DNA of 64,000 nucleotides, from the NCBI RefSeq assembly GCF_009914755.1, contig NC_060925.1; one strand, given 5' to 3'. The DNA comes from the human T2T-CHM13v2.0 reference genome, Homo sapiens. Below, piece after piece: positions 31,907 to 46,138 of the stretch (position 1 is the first letter of the stretch; each line of letters begins with the position of its first letter). Made by a program: the position numbers and the translations under genes. Under the pieces are notes generated by a model. It was given only the letters and a program-made list of their open reading frames with translations. It was not told the DNA's origin and ran no database searches.

Positions 31907-32399
31907 TGATGTTGCTGAACAATCACTCTGATTTGACGTCTCCTTTGGCTGATCTATAGAGCAGAGTTTCCAGAACTGGGGATGGTAGCCCCACTTACCC
32001 GCTTTGCCTGTCCTCAGGAACAAATTTCCCTTCAGGCACTCTGAATTCTTCCCATGAAGATGCTTCCCCTGCCAGAAAACCCAAGATGGTGGAGAAGCTG
32101 CTTTTAAACCTCAATCTCACTTTTTGCATTGTAGAAACAGCAAGTTGGGGGAAAACTTTCCATGCACTGTTGCTGGGCATAATGCGGGGAGGGGTATCTC
32201 AGATGTGGAAATCCAATTATCTTACCATCTGCTCAGAGTTTTTTCACTTCTCTGCATCTCTGGGAACTGTCTCATATTATATCTGAGTTCCAGGATATTT
32301 CTGGCAAAAATCTCAGCATTGTACATTTGTTTTTGTTTTTCTAGGGTGTGGTGGGTGGGAAGTGAAGCCAGCATCCTTCCATGCTGCCATTTTGGTACT

Positions 32400-33950
32400 C
32401 TATGTTACTACTTTTTATTTGTCCCTTCTGTTCTATATTTCTTTTTCTTTCCTTTTAGTTTTCTTTTAGATTAAAATGGGGGGGGGTAGGTCAATAATTT
32501 CTATATTTTTTCTCTGGTCATGTGTTTTCTTCTTATTTTAGTGACTACCATATAGATTTCCAAATGCATCCCTGACATATTAAAGTTTGATGTAAACCAG
32601 TATTCCTACTGCATATGTATTATTGTTTTATGAATCAATATTTATTTAGGTTAACTCACATATTTAACTGTTTCTTTCTTTTTCATTGATTTTTGTTCTG
32701 CCAAGCTGCCATCTGGAAATTTTTTTATGTCTAAAGAATGCCCTTTGATATTTCCTTTAGTGTTCATCTGAAAAATGTCTTTATTTTGCTTTTATTTCTG
32801 AAGAATACAGTTTCTGGATGGAGAATTCTTCTTGGAGTTGTTTTCTATTAACACTTTGAAAATGTTATCCCATTGTCTGTTGGCTTCCTTAGTTCAATTT
32901 GAGGAGTCACCTGTCAGTTTTCATTGACATTGCTTAGTAGAAGAAAATAGTTCTTTTTTTCCCCTTGTTTCTTTTTACTCTCACATTTTATCTTTGTCTT
33001 TGCTTTTGTGTAACTTTACTATAATATGCCTCAGGTTTTATGCTACTTGTAGCTTCAGAACTTCCGGACTAGATATCTTTTTTCAGTTTTAGGGAATTTT
33101 CAGTTATTATCTCCTTAAGTATTTTTCCTGCTCCATTCTATCTATTCTGATAATTTTATTATACATATTTTTGACATTTTAAGTATATTTCGTATACTTT
33201 TTTCTGTATTTTTCATTTTTCCCCCTCTGTGTGTTTCAGTCTGGATATGTCCTTTGCATCTAACTCCTAGTTCAACAATTTTCTCTTTAGTTGTGTATAA
33301 TCTGTCATTTGACTCATCTACTAGTTGTTACTTTTCTTACGTATCATCATTAAACTTTTTATTTCTAGAATTTACATTTTCTTATAATATTGTCTATTTT
33401 GATATTTTCCTTTGTCTTATAATTACTTGAATTATATTAATAATAGTCACTTTAAAGTTCATATTTGAATTTTCTGTGCTTATTTCAAGTGCCATTTTCC
33501 CCCCTTGGTTTTTGGTGAAGTCTTTTAAAATATCTTGTTATTTCTGCTTGATTTATGTGAACATCATTGGTGAAAATTTGTAGAGCCAATTTGAACCTCC
33601 GGATGAAGTTATTTTCCTCCAGAGAAGATTTTTACTTCTGACATACACTAAACTAGTAGCATCCAGATAACCTTAATTTACTCAGGGATTAAGTTGTTTC
33701 AAAGCTAGTTCTCATTCCCTTCATGATGAACTATTTATTGTTTTCTTTAGTCTTTGGAGTTCCAACTGAAAGTTTGAGGTGTTTATCAGGGCCTCTTCTC
33801 CTTTTGCCCCCTTCTGTCCTGAGAATCTGCCAAAAGCTCTGCTAAATTCCCCAGTAGCAATTTGTTTACATAATTGTCAAATGTCTTAAGAATAAAAGCA
33901 ATATCCAATGTTTTGCCCATTTTCTAAAGACCTATGGCTTTGTCTTGTGT
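32400..33950 (-). mobile_element. Very old L1M (ME-like) fragments
   Basis: T-rich, L1 inter-ORF/ORF1-like antisense sequence (tctgaaaaatgtctttattttgc...gaggagtcacctgtcagt). Confidence 0.55.
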
Positions 33951-34524
33951 CCCATTGTGACTTTAACACTGCAAATGCCTTTAGGGTGGCTAAAGTATTG
34001 TTATAAACTGACATTCCTGGTTTTTAGTATCCTCATTGTTTCTAACCTCTATATATTGATTTTGTCTTAATTTTTTATAAATTTACTTTCACTTTGAAAG
34101 TGTATTATTTTTATGCAGTATTTCTAGGTGTTTTGTATTGGGAGGGTTTTTGTTTTGCTTTGTTTTGTTTATTTATTTGTTTATTTTATATCTGGTCTTC
34201 CATAGTCTAGATTTTCTTTTTTCACTTAGTTGCATTTATTTAGATCCAACATATATTTCTATTGCTTTTAATACTTTCTGTATGCTTTCTGAAAGTATTG
34301 CCAAACTACACACAAATTTCCTGTGTGGGTACATTCTATTTAAAAACCATTTTAAAACAATGACTATATAACTAGGTCATGTTCTAATTTCTGTAAGTCA
34401 GATGAGTAATACACCATCTCTGCCCTTGATGAGTTCATAGTCTATGTTTTCTTCTGCAATATTAACCTCAAAGGGCTCTTATAATACTGAGATCCATGAA
34501 ATCTATTGTTCTTCAATAATAAAG

Positions 34525-34850
<326 letters not shown>

Positions 34851-35470
34851 TGATATATTTGGGAGAATAATGGTTTCTAAATGGCAATAGGGAACCAGAC
34901 ACCAATTCTGAACTTGCATGGTGTGCTAGAATATCATTTGAGAAACTTACAGGGGAAGCAGTGTCCGTGGGAAAGAAAATGGTTTTTATTAAAACAAGAA
35001 GATGGAGGGAACTCTTAAAAGAAGAAGTCAAGCATCTGTGAAAGTTTGCTTATTACAAAGCAGGGATTCCAGGGGACAAGTGGAAAGATTTAGGATAGGA
35101 CAATAGCAGTGTCAAGGAAGACGGAATGTCATGTGGAATATGGTCTAGTAAAAGCAGCTGGTTGGAGGAGGCCTGACATTTGACATTAACTAATGTAACG
35201 AGGAGAGAGGCAATCTCTCTGAGGAAGGTGGGCGCTAGACTTAAAGGCCAACATACTTATATAACATAACCTGGACTGATGTTCATGTCAGAGGTATCAG
35301 TCATCCCTAAGTCTGTTCTTAACACTAGATGAACTTAACCTGAGATGGCAGCAGTTGTGGGGACAGGGATTTTTTCACATGAACTTTATGTCTGAAAAAT
35401 ATCCTTGCTAGTTTTTCCCTTTTCATTGCTTATAATATCGTGTTCTCCAACTTAGTGATTTTTTTTTTAG

Positions 35471-35576
35471 ATTTTAAAATGGAAATTATCAAGGAAACAA
35501 AGACAGTTTCACGCTCAAATAGGAAAATGTCCTTGCTCAAAAGAACTCTTGTAAGGAAGCCATCAATGAGACCCAG
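35471..35576 (+). CDS. RGSL1: RGSL1 exon D (DFKMEIIKETKTVSRSNRKMSLLKRTLVRKPSMRP)
   Basis: Acceptor ttttttttag| and donor CCAG|gtgaga. 106 nt, phase 1-2. Confidence 0.85.
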
Positions 35577-36489
35577 GTGAGATATAGAATCTGTTTACAG
35601 CAACATCTTCAGGTACATGCTTTTGAAAAACCTCAACATGTCTAATGGTAAACTTATCTTTCTATGTGTAGGTTTTCAGACCCTTTTCCATATACAATAC
35701 ATACAGGTACAGACACTCTTAGTATTTTAAATCATTTATTTTCTAAAATTAGCACTATGCTATATATGTATATATTATACAATAACTTTTCAAACTTAAA
35801 CTATCATAGACATCTCATGTCAGTATGTGCAGATCTACCTCCTTCCATGAGTGTAGTATAACTTATATAGACATTTACATTGTCTTTAATTTTTTAATTG
35901 CTATAAATAGTATCACAATAAACATCTTTATACATGTTTCTTTGCCTGTTTGTGTTTTCTGGATTATGTACTGCTGTAGTAGCCTCCTAACTGGTTCCTT
36001 ACTTCTTGTCTCTCTCCACTTATAATCAATCTGAGAATCAAACTCTGGTAAGGTCCCACAACTAGGCAAATACTCTGTGGCCTTTTCTTTCAGGAGTGCC
36101 CACCCACCTTTCTTTCCATGTACCTTAGCATAAGTGCCACCTATACATAAAAATTTCTCCAAATATTATGTTTGCTATAACTTCCTTCTCTTCTGAAACC
36201 CTAAAGGTCTAAAGTACAATATCAAGCATTTATATGTACTACTTTTTACCGGTCTTTACTTTTTAGGTATGTTTTCCAACTTCTTGACTTGACTATAATT
36301 TTCTTGTAGGCCATGGCATTCACTTACTCATGTATTCATTTTTATTCAGTTACTATCTATTATCTATCTATAATGGCTAGCTATATAAAAGGTCCTCTTC
36401 TAGATGTTGAGGATATAGTAGAACATATACATTTGCTAGTCAAAATCTCTGGCAGAATATTTTGCGTAGAAAAAACTCCCACAAAACAT

Positions 36490-36806
36490 TTTCTTTTTTT
36501 TTAATTAATTTTTTTTTTTCTTGAGACAGAGTCTCACTTTTTGTGTCCCAGCTGGAGTGCAGTGGCTCAGTCACAGCTCATTGCAGCCTCGACCTCCCTA
36601 GGCTCAAGTGATCCACGTGCTTCAGCCTCCCGAGTAGCTGGGACTACAGGCACATGCCACCATGCCTGGCTTTTTTTCTTTTTTTTTTTTTTTCTAGAGA
36701 CTGGGTCTTGCCCTGTTGCCCAGGTTGGTCTCAAACTCCTGGGCTCAAGTGATCCTCCCACCTTAACCTTCCAAAGTGCTGAGATTACAGGCATTTGTAC
36801 CCAGCC
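36490..36806 (-). mobile_element. AluJ-like
   Basis: Diverged antisense Alu. Confidence 0.87.
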
Positions 36807-37909
36807 AAGAATGTTTTCGTTTATTGATGACATTCATTGAGGGTGATAAGTCTTTTGTCTCTTCTAACCACTCTAGATAGATCTTCCTCCCTTTCAGCAA
36901 CTGAAATTATTCTCTGAGGTTCAATCATTTGTCACTTTTGCTTTTCTAATTTGTCCTAGTCACTGGTCTCCATTATGCCTATAGAAATACTTATTTTCCA
37001 ATTTACTTAAGCATGAGTACCACAGAAGTCTTAAATCACATATCTGTAAGATCATTAAGTCCTAGAAGACATATCAGGGTCATATCATCTAGTTTCATGA
37101 CTTCAGTTAAGACCAAGCAGGATAGCTCAGGGATACCACAGCTGCAATTCTCTTAAACCTTTTCCCTACCCCTTATTCAATAAGTAAATGACTATTGATT
37201 ATATACTGTATTCTAGACACTCTGTGAGTGCTAATGATACAAAAACTAAGACATAGTCCTTGCCCTTAATCTAATTATGTAACTAAAGACAATGCAAGGC
37301 TGACCTTAAAATGTTATGATAACATATTAGCTAATTACTATGGGAGTGAAAGGAGAGAGAAATTTTGAGTGAGGATCAGGAAAATTAGAATATCAGAAGA
37401 TGCTCAGAATAACATATGCAAATTCAATTACAAAGAAATTAGAGTATTTTGTAGGTAGGGATAAACCCTACTCAAAGGCGAAGATACAACACAAAGCTAT
37501 AAACTCATGAATATAAACATAATATTCAAAGACTTAAAAATAGTCCAGTGATGTTGAAGTATAGAGTGCATGCGGTGAAGGGACATAAAACATAAAAAGC
37601 CAGATTGAGACCAAATAATTAGAAAAAGGTATTGGGTAGATTATTAAGGAATTCGCATTGATTAAATGGCAATAAGGGGATTCTTTGGGGTTTGTTGGAG
37701 CAGCAGGTGGCAGAAATATCTACTATATGGATTTTTAAAATATTAGTCTGACAGAAATGAGAGTATAAGGAGTCAGACATCCAGAGGTTGAAGGCAGAGA
37801 TAATATAGTTGGAAGGTCTTTGCAGTTGTTCAGGCAAATGATAAAGATCTGAGGTAAACAGTGCAAGTGGAAGTGGAAGGGAAAATACAGATGTACAAAG
37901 CAATGAAGG

Positions 37910-40365
37910 GAGAAAATCAGACTTCTGGAATGGTAGAGCAAGAACATTCTAAGTAGTCTCTCCATAAAAGTAAAACTGGGAAAACCAGTCAAAAAGAATT
38001 TCAGAACTCTGTAAATTAACGGAAGGCATTTAACAAATAAAAAATTGCTTATCCAAGAAAACTACCAAACCTCAGTAAGAATAGTGTAATCTGTGGCATT
38101 GTAACTTCTAACTACTCACATCACCAAGCTTGACAGCCATGAGTGCCAGCCATCTTGCTGCCAACAGAGGGCACTGATATGGTTTGAAGCTCCACAAAAA
38201 AGCCAATGACCAGGAGCACTGTCAAAACCGATAGTAAGCCTTGTGGCCAAAAAATTGGGAGGCCACTATCACAGCCACTTAAGGCAGTGATACTAGTTGG
38301 GCAAGCAGTAAAACATTTAAAAGTAAAAAAGGGAAATCTGGGAGCAAGATATTCCCAAGGGACTGTGCAAATGCTGTGCAGATGCTCAAGAGAGACCAAA
38401 GAGGAACCCAGTTATCTATTTATCATTGGGTGATCATGAGGCCCTGAAAACTAGTATAAAAAAGAAAAATAAGAATTAAAAAGAGAAAAAACTGAGCAGA
38501 CACTTTAGTAGCCACACACTTTAGGGGAGATATACTCTACAGAACTAGCCCGATAAGTCATTTAACAAAAAACAAAACATAAAAAGCAAACAAAACCATC
38601 AACAGCAGCAACCTTTGGTGGATGAGGGATGGGGTGTAAATTCAGACTCCAGGGTTGTGATAATATATTATCCCAAATTCAACTTTAAACAAAAAATTAT
38701 AAGACACACACACAAACAAAAATCCCAGGAAAGTATGGTCCATCCACAGGGAGAATAAAGGCAGTCAACAGAAACTCTCTCTAGGGTGATTCAGATGTTA
38801 GACTAAAGACTTCCAAGCAATAGGTTCAACAAACTAAAGAAAATCATGTCTAAAGAATTAAAGGAAGGTATGATGATAATGATTAACCAAATATAGAATA
38901 TCAATAATGAGATAGAAATTATAAAATATAATGAAAAAATCTGGAGTTGAAAAGTACATAACTGAAATGAAAAATTTACTAGAGGCAATCAATAACAGAT
39001 TTAAGTTGACAAAAGAATCATAGAGATCCACACATAGACACATCACAATCAAACTGTTGAAATATAAAGACAGAAAAATCTTGAGTGCTGCAGGAGAAAA
39101 AGAACATATATTCAAGGGAACTACAGCAAGATTAAAGTTTATTTCACATCAGAAACAATGATACCAAAGGTAGTGAGATTACATATTTAAAGTAAAATCA
39201 AAGAAAATAAATAATAACTATTAGTGTGTAGATACATAAAATAAAGAGAAAAACAAAGAAAATCCAGGTAAATAAGTTAGTTTTTTGTAGAGATTAATAA
39301 AATTGTTAAACTGTAAGATATATTGACCACAGGAAAAAAGATGACACAGATAATTAAAATCTGGATTTAAAGAGGGCATATAATCACTGCCCTGCAAAAA
39401 TTAATAAGACTGTAAGGAAATGCAAGAAACAAAGTAGGCAACTTAGATGCAATACATAAATTTCTAGAAATACCCAAATTATTGAAGTAAGCTAGCTATG
39501 TTTCAAGGAAAAGTAGAAAATGTGAATACATCTATAATAAGAAAAAAATTGAATTAGTAATTAAAATTTTCTCACATAGAAACACTCAGGCACAGACAGC
39601 TTCACTGGAGAATTCTATGAAATATTTAAAGGATAAATAATGTCAATATTCCATGAACTCTTTGAGGAAACAGAGAAAGAAGTAATACTTGCCAACTTAT
39701 TCTATGAGGCCAGTATTTTCCTGATCCCAAAGCCAGACTGAAGACATCATAAGAAAAGAAAACCATAGACCAATACTCCCTCTAGTTTCTAGATATGAAA
39801 ACCTTCAATACAATATTAGCAAATCAAATCCAGCAATATATAAAAAAGATCAGTGGCCAAGCATGGTGGCTCATGCCTACAATCTCGGCACTATGGGAAG
39901 CTGAGGTAGGCAGATTGCTTGAGCTCAGGAGTTTAACACAAGCCTGGGCAACATGGTGAAACTCCATCTCTAAAAAAAAAAACACAAACATTATTAGCAG
40001 GGCATGGTGGTGCACACCTGTAGTTACAGCTACTTGGGGGCTAAGCAGGGAGATCACTTGAGTCTGGGAGGTCAAGGCTTCAGTGAGCTGTGTTCGTGTC
40101 ACTGCACTTCAGCCTGGGTTACCAAGTGGAATTTATCCTAGGAATACAAGGAATGCAAAAACCAGTTAATACACCATGTTAATAAAATAAGGGGGGAGAA
40201 ATTCACATGATTATCTCAATTGATGTAGAAAAAAAGGCTTTTACAAAATCTAAGACACATGTGTGATTTTTAAAACTCTCAATAAAATTAGAATAGAAGG
40301 GAACTATCTCATTCTGATAAAGGGCATCTATTAAAAATCTATGGCTAACATTATACTTAATGAAA
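37910..40365 (+). mobile_element. Old L1M (5' region, ORF1 and partial ORF2 remnants), sense to the gene, apparently inside an L2
   Basis: A-rich + strand with ggagttgaaaagtacataactgaaatgaaaaatttactagagg and ttctatgaggccagtattttcctgatcccaaagccagac. Purine-rich L2-like sequence on both sides. Confidence 0.72.
39854..40119 (+). mobile_element. AluJ-like, 3' end missing
   Basis: ggccaagcatggtggctcatgcc... with no poly-A tail. Confidence 0.85.
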
Positions 40366-41047
40366 TAGGTGTATAAAGGAAGAAGAAGTAGGTCAAGATG
40401 TGGGTATTTGTAAAGAGGTTTAACTAATAACTATAACATAAAGATGAGGTTTGACGTGGGCAGTTGAAATGTAGAAGTGGAGTTCATGGGAACTGGAGAT
40501 ATAGTTTTGCTATATTAATAAAATTTAAAATCACTTCCTCATATCAATAAAAATTGAAATCACAGAGGAGGCACAGATTACCCAGGAAAAACCATAAGGC
40601 AAAAGAATAGAGGATTAAAGATGAAACATTAGGGGCACCTTTATTCAAGGAGCAGTGAAAGAAGAAATCAGCAAAGGAAATTTAGAAACATTAATCAAAA
40701 ACTGCTAATCATGCTCCACCTCACAGAAATGACTGCTAATTAGGAGTCGTTTTGAACCCATAATGTAAAAAGAGAATTCCCTTGAAAAAATTGTCCTCAT
40801 TAAAATATCTTCCTTCCTTCATCTTCCATTAGGAAGGAAGATATTGGACCAAGCTTAGAAATGGTACATAAAAGTTCAAGTTAATCACCAAAGAAATAGA
40901 CAGATTTAGCCAATCCATCCACAATGCTTTTCACATATGGCTAAAGGCCTTATAGCCTGGTCAATGCACTTCCCCATTTCCTAATTGAAACAGAATCCAG
41001 AATCATCATTCCTTTCTCTCTACCAAAGATGCTTTCTTGTTTTCCAG

Positions 41048-41241
41048 AAACTTGACAGAAGTCCTCTTAAATACACAGCACTTGGAGTTCTTCAGGGAGT
41101 TCCTCAAGGAACGGAAGGCTAAAATCCCATTGCAATTTCTCACAGCTGTACAGAAGATCAGTATAGAGACCAATGAAAAGATTTGCAAGTCTCTCATAGA
41201 AAATGTAATCAAGACTTTCTTCCAAGGCCAACTCTCTCCTG
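41048..41241 (+). CDS. RGSL1: RGSL1 exon E, N-terminal half of an RGS-like box (RNLTEVLLNTQHLEFFREFLKERKAKIPLQFLTAVQKI...FFQGQLSP)
   Basis: Acceptor tttccag| and donor CCTG|gtatgc. 194 nt, phase 2-1. The L..LL......FREFL......LQF pattern matches RGS helices 1-4. Confidence 0.92.
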
Positions 41242-41438
41242 GTATGCATCCTCTTCTGATCCTGTTTTCTCTCTCTCTTTAGTGTCTTAGGAGAATAGCC
41301 TGGGAAATAGCCTACCTCATGTGAGCCCCCAGAGAGAGCAGTACAGAGCAGCAGACACATGGGGCAATATTGAGACAGATTAAGAGGGTAGGCAAAAGCA
41401 GAGAACAGTAATAATAAATTCAAAGTCTTAATACGAGT

Positions 41439-42595
41439 TGTATTAATCCGTTCTCACACTGCTGTGAAGAAATGCCTAAGACTGGGTAATTTATAAAGAA
41501 AAGAGGATTGATTGACTCACAGTTCCACATGGCTGGGGAGGCCTCAGGAAACTTATAATCATGGCAGAAGGCACCTCTTCATGGAGCAGCAAGAGAGAGA
41601 ATGAGTGCCAAATGAAGGGGGAAGCCCCTTGTAAAATCATCAGATCTCATGAGAACTCACTCACTATCATGAGAACAGCATGGGGGAAACCACCCCCATG
41701 ATTCAATTATCTCCACCTGGTCCTGCCCGTGACACATGGGGATTATTACAATTCAAGGTGAGATTTGGGTGGGGACACAGAGCCAAACCACATCACTCCA
41801 CTCCGGCCCCTCCCAAATCTCATGTTCTCACATTTCAAAACACAATCATGCCCTTCCAACATTCCGCCAAAGTCTTAACTCATTCCAGCATTAAGTCCAA
41901 GTCCAAAGTCTCATCTGAGATAAGGCAAGTCCCTTCCACCTGTGAGCCTGTAAAATCGAAAGCAAGTTAGTTACTTCCTAGATACAATAGAGATACAGGC
42001 ATTGGGTTAATACACCCATTCCAAAAGGGAGAAATTGGCCCGAAGAAAGGAGCTCAATTCCCATGCAAGTCCAGAATCCAGTAGGGCAGTCATTAAACCT
42101 TAAAGTTCCAAAATGATTTCCTTTGACTTCACGTCTCACATCTAGGTCACACTGATACAACAGGTGGGCTCCCACAGCCTTGGTCAGCTCCACCCTTGTG
42201 GCTTTACAGGGTACAGCCCAACTCCCAGTACCAATTTACTGTGTTAGTCCATTCTCACACTGCTGTAAAGAAATACCTGAGACTGGGTAATTTATGAAGA
42301 AAAGAGGTTTAATTGACGCACAGTTCCACATGACTGGGGAGGCCTCAGGAAACTTTCAGTCATGGTGGAAGGCACCTGTCTACAGGGTGGCAAGAGAGAT
42401 AATGAGTGCCCAGCGAAGGGGGAAGCCCTTGTAAAACCATCAGATCTCATGAGAACTCTCCCACTAGCACAAGAACAGCATGGGGTAAACCACTCCCGTG
42501 ATTCAATTATCTCCACCTGGTCCTGCCCTTGACACATGGGGATTATTACAATTCAAGGTGAGATTTAGGTGGGGACACAGAGCCAAACTATATCA
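41439..42595 (-). mobile_element. THE1 (THE1C-like) MaLR element: two LTRs (41439-41795, 42240-42595) around a deleted ~445-bp internal region
   Basis: Two ~356-bp direct repeats ending ...agccaaac.a.atca, THE1-int termini, and 5-bp TSD cgagt / ctagt. Confidence 0.9.
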
Positions 42596-43712
42596 CTAGT
42601 GAAAGGAGCCAAGTCTAAGATACTTTCACATGTATCCTTTCATTTAATTTTATTTAATTCTAAAAATAGAATTTTATTTAATCCCTGTAATATAGGGATA
42701 GGCAGCTCCACTTTACTAATGAAGTAAAGGAAACACAGAGAGGTTAACTAGCTTGTACACTTGGTAGAACTTGAATTCAAATTCAAGTCATTTGACCATT
42801 AAACCAACTAGCCTGAAGTTAGATACAAAAACCAAGAGTTAGCTGCCTGCAAAGGTGGAATATCCACCACCCATGAATTGTGAAGAGAGTTGTACTGGGA
42901 AGGAGAACTGTATGCCTGAAAATCTTTGTTTCATAAGTTGTGTCTTATTTTGTTTCCTAAGGTGGGAGGGTAAATATGGTAAATAAAATCTTGGCCAAAA
43001 GCAGAAGTTGCAAATAATGCAAAGTAATGAAGATAGAGCCTCCTGTTTTGTCACAGATGGTATTTTTGTGTGTTTGGTTTTTGCTTGTAGTAAACCAAGA
43101 TAAGAAAATAAATTTTTATGAATATAGAAAATATAGAAAAATAGGTCAAATTAATGAATCTTTATTTGTAAGCATTATTTATTTGTTGAATCTCAGGATG
43201 TTGAGATCTGTACAATATTTTGAATGAGCTAGAAGAGGAAGAGTGTCCAGATCCTATCTTTGATTATTTTCAAGTCTCATTAATGAACACAGCAGTTTCT
43301 GAACAACTGGAGAAACAAACTGCCCTCACAATACTTATCTGGAATCTTGGATTCCCCGTCTGCCCAGCAATTTAACTATAATCCTTTACCCTTCTGCTGT
43401 CTCTCTAAATCCAAGTTTTTCAAACCAGCTGCAGAAATAAGTCCTTTAAAAATGTATTTCCCCTTAAGCACTCATCCTGCAAATTTGAATGAAACTAAAT
43501 GAGGAAAGTATTTAGTTTACAAATGCATTTGTACATAGCATTTCAAATATGCTTTGGAGATTTTCAAACAAACTATGGCGGGATCAGAGTCTAGCCAGAT
43601 TGAAAATGGGGGCTGTGAGACTCTAAGATAAAAAAAAAAAACAAAAAACCACCAGCTATCTCAGAAATGGTAGATGAGGATTACAGCTTCTTTTCTCTCT
43701 TGCATTTTCTAG

Positions 43713-43830
43713 AAGAAATGCTGCAGTGTGATGCCCCTATTATCAAAGAAATCGCTTCCATGCGTCATGTCACCACAAGCACACTGTTAACGCTCCAGGG
43801 ACATGTTATGAAATCTATAGAAGAAAAGTG
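43713..43830 (+). CDS. RGSL1: RGSL1 exon F (EEMLQCDAPIIKEIASMRHVTTSTLLTLQGHVMKSIEEKW)
   Basis: Acceptor ttttctag| and donor AGTG|gtgagt. 118 nt, phase 1-2. Confidence 0.9.
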
Positions 43831-43995
43831 GTGAGTATACTCAATTAAGGAAAGGATTCTTCCTGGAGTTGCTCCTTGGCTTCTGAAAGCCATATGCATC
43901 AAGGGTTTCCTAATCCATTTTCATAGCTCATTGCCAGAGCCTCTCTACAAAATAAAAATTCAAACTTATCTTGAACTTTCCTACCTATCTATCTG

Positions 43996-44000
43996 ACACA

Positions 44001-44042
<42 letters not shown>
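43996..44042. repeat. (CA)n microsatellite in the F-G intron
   Basis: About 23 CA units with one TA interruption. Confidence 0.95.
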
Positions 44043-44043
<1 letters not shown>

Positions 44044-44266
44044 TTCTGTTTGTTTGCATTAACAAGAAACAATACAGTGTTGATCAGGAAGGTTAGGTTG
44101 ACATTAACAAAGGTCTGATAGAGTAAGAAGAGAATTTTTTAGTATTTTACTATTCCCCAATTACCACTGAGAGTTCCTCCAGAAGCTGAGGTAGGTTTGC
44201 CTGGACTGTCATCTTTTATGTGCCAGGTTTTTGCCCTGTTTGATATTACTGATGTCCTTCTGACAG

Positions 44267-44387
44267 GTTTAAAGATTATCAAGACCTGTTCCCACCTCAC
44301 CATCAGGAGGTGGAAGTGCAAAGTGAAGTACAAATTTCGTCTAGGAAGCCCTCAAAGATAGTGTCAACTTACCTACAGGAATCCCAG
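44267..44387 (+). CDS. RGSL1: RGSL1 exon G (FKDYQDLFPPHHQEVEVQSEVQISSRKPSKIVSTYLQESQ)
   Basis: Acceptor ccttctgacag| and donor CCAG|gttagt. 121 nt, phase 2-0. Confidence 0.88.
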
Positions 44388-46138
44388 GTTAGTGAAGAAG
44401 AAAGTGAAACAAGACATTAGAGACAAGAAAACCATCGTCTTGGGGGTAGGTTTTTAAATCCCCATTTTGCAAAGGAAGAATCTGAGACTCAGATAAATTA
44501 CTATACTAGGAATTTAAGCAAGTCCCTCTCTTCTCTACCTGTGATTAGAGTCAACTGAGTAATAGGTACAGGGGTTGGACACATGGAGTTCTTCTAGTTG
44601 AAAGTTAGTGTAGAGGACATGGATTGGCAATGAAGCAAAGTGGTTTTGCTGGTCCTCTGCACCCAAATTAAACTTACAAACCCAGTCACTGGTCTAACGG
44701 AACAACTTAGACCTCCACTTACCAGGGTGAGCCTCTTACTGTATAACAAAAGGTGAGCTTGTAGCAAGTGTCTTGCAGACAAACAAACCAGAGAGAGAAT
44801 GCAAAGTGCTGAGAACACCATTTCCTTCTTTCAAACTATCTAGCTCATTCTTTCTCCTATGGGAGAACAGAAAAAAGGAAGAAAGAGGGGACAGGAATGT
44901 TACTCAGGAAAGTCTCTATGGTTTGAGAAAAACAACAACAAAAAAATACATGCCCCCTTAGAGATTCACTTGTTTTAGAGTTGGTCAGTATCAGAAAAAT
45001 TTTAGCCCAGCTTGATCTGACTCCAGAGATCATTCTAAGATATCTCGGAAAATAATACCTAAGTCCATTGATCCAATACTCAGGGATGAAAATGTGTTAC
45101 TCTTCCTTTTCTCCTCTGTATTTCCTCCATATATGAATAAACTCCATGTCAGGGCACCACGAATGGTCATATAGACTACTAAAAAGATTACTGTACCCAG
45201 AACCAGTGCACTTGATTTAATTTCAGAGCTTCCAGTTGTTCCTAGAAAACAAGATAAAAGGAAATCAACATGTACTTAATGCCTACTGTTTGCCAAGCAT
45301 TGCATTGGGGTTTACATATAAGTCTCACTGCAACCCTGAAGGCTATTGTTTCTATCTTACACATGGAGACATTGAGACATAGGTTAAGTAACTTGACCCA
45401 AATTACACAATTAGGTTCTGAGAAGCTAAGCTCCAGACTCAAAGTTTTTTATCCTAAATTCAGTGCTTTTTGTACTTCACTGCTTTCTGTCTAAAGCGAG
45501 GCTTATGTTGTTTCCCTCTCTGTAGACTGAGACAACTGAACTAGTTAATCAACAAGAGTCTTTCTGGCTCTAAGTATCAATTTCTTGAAGGACAAATAAA
45601 ATGTACAGTGGTTCCTGGGTACCTATAAAAAACAGATGAGGAAACTTATGAAATTCGTGTGTGTATGTGTGTGTGTGTGTAGGTGTATGAGTGGGTGCAA
45701 ATAATTATATTTTCTTTTTTAAGTGCTTAGAAATGGTTTTGCTCATTTCCTTATTCCTTCAATGTTTCCAAATTTGCCTGAGCCTTTAGTTCTTTATTTC
45801 TGTCCTCTTTTCTTCCAGTTTTTAGCTCTCATGCTCCCTCTCCCAATCACAGCATCTCACATCTTCACTGTTGAAAGGCTTTGGTAGAAGGAGCATGGGC
45901 AAATGGCTCCAGTCTGTTGAAGCTGGAATCTTTCACTGACCAGCTACTTAATTTCGGGCAGATTGTACAAGCTCTCTAACCTGAGTTTCCTCACCTTTAA
46001 ATTGGAGCTAAAAATTATTCCTTTACGGAGGTGTTGTGAGGATTAAATGTAGTGAATACCAAGTTTTGGCACACAGTAGACTCTCGGTGAACAGCAACCA
46101 TACTAATGAACATGTTATACTCCTCTTTCTTTCCCCAG

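Noticed and set aside
41037-41282. ORF 41037..41282 as a stand-alone small RGS gene
   Set aside because: Its start lies in the acceptor pyrimidine tract. It is exon E plus intron read-through.
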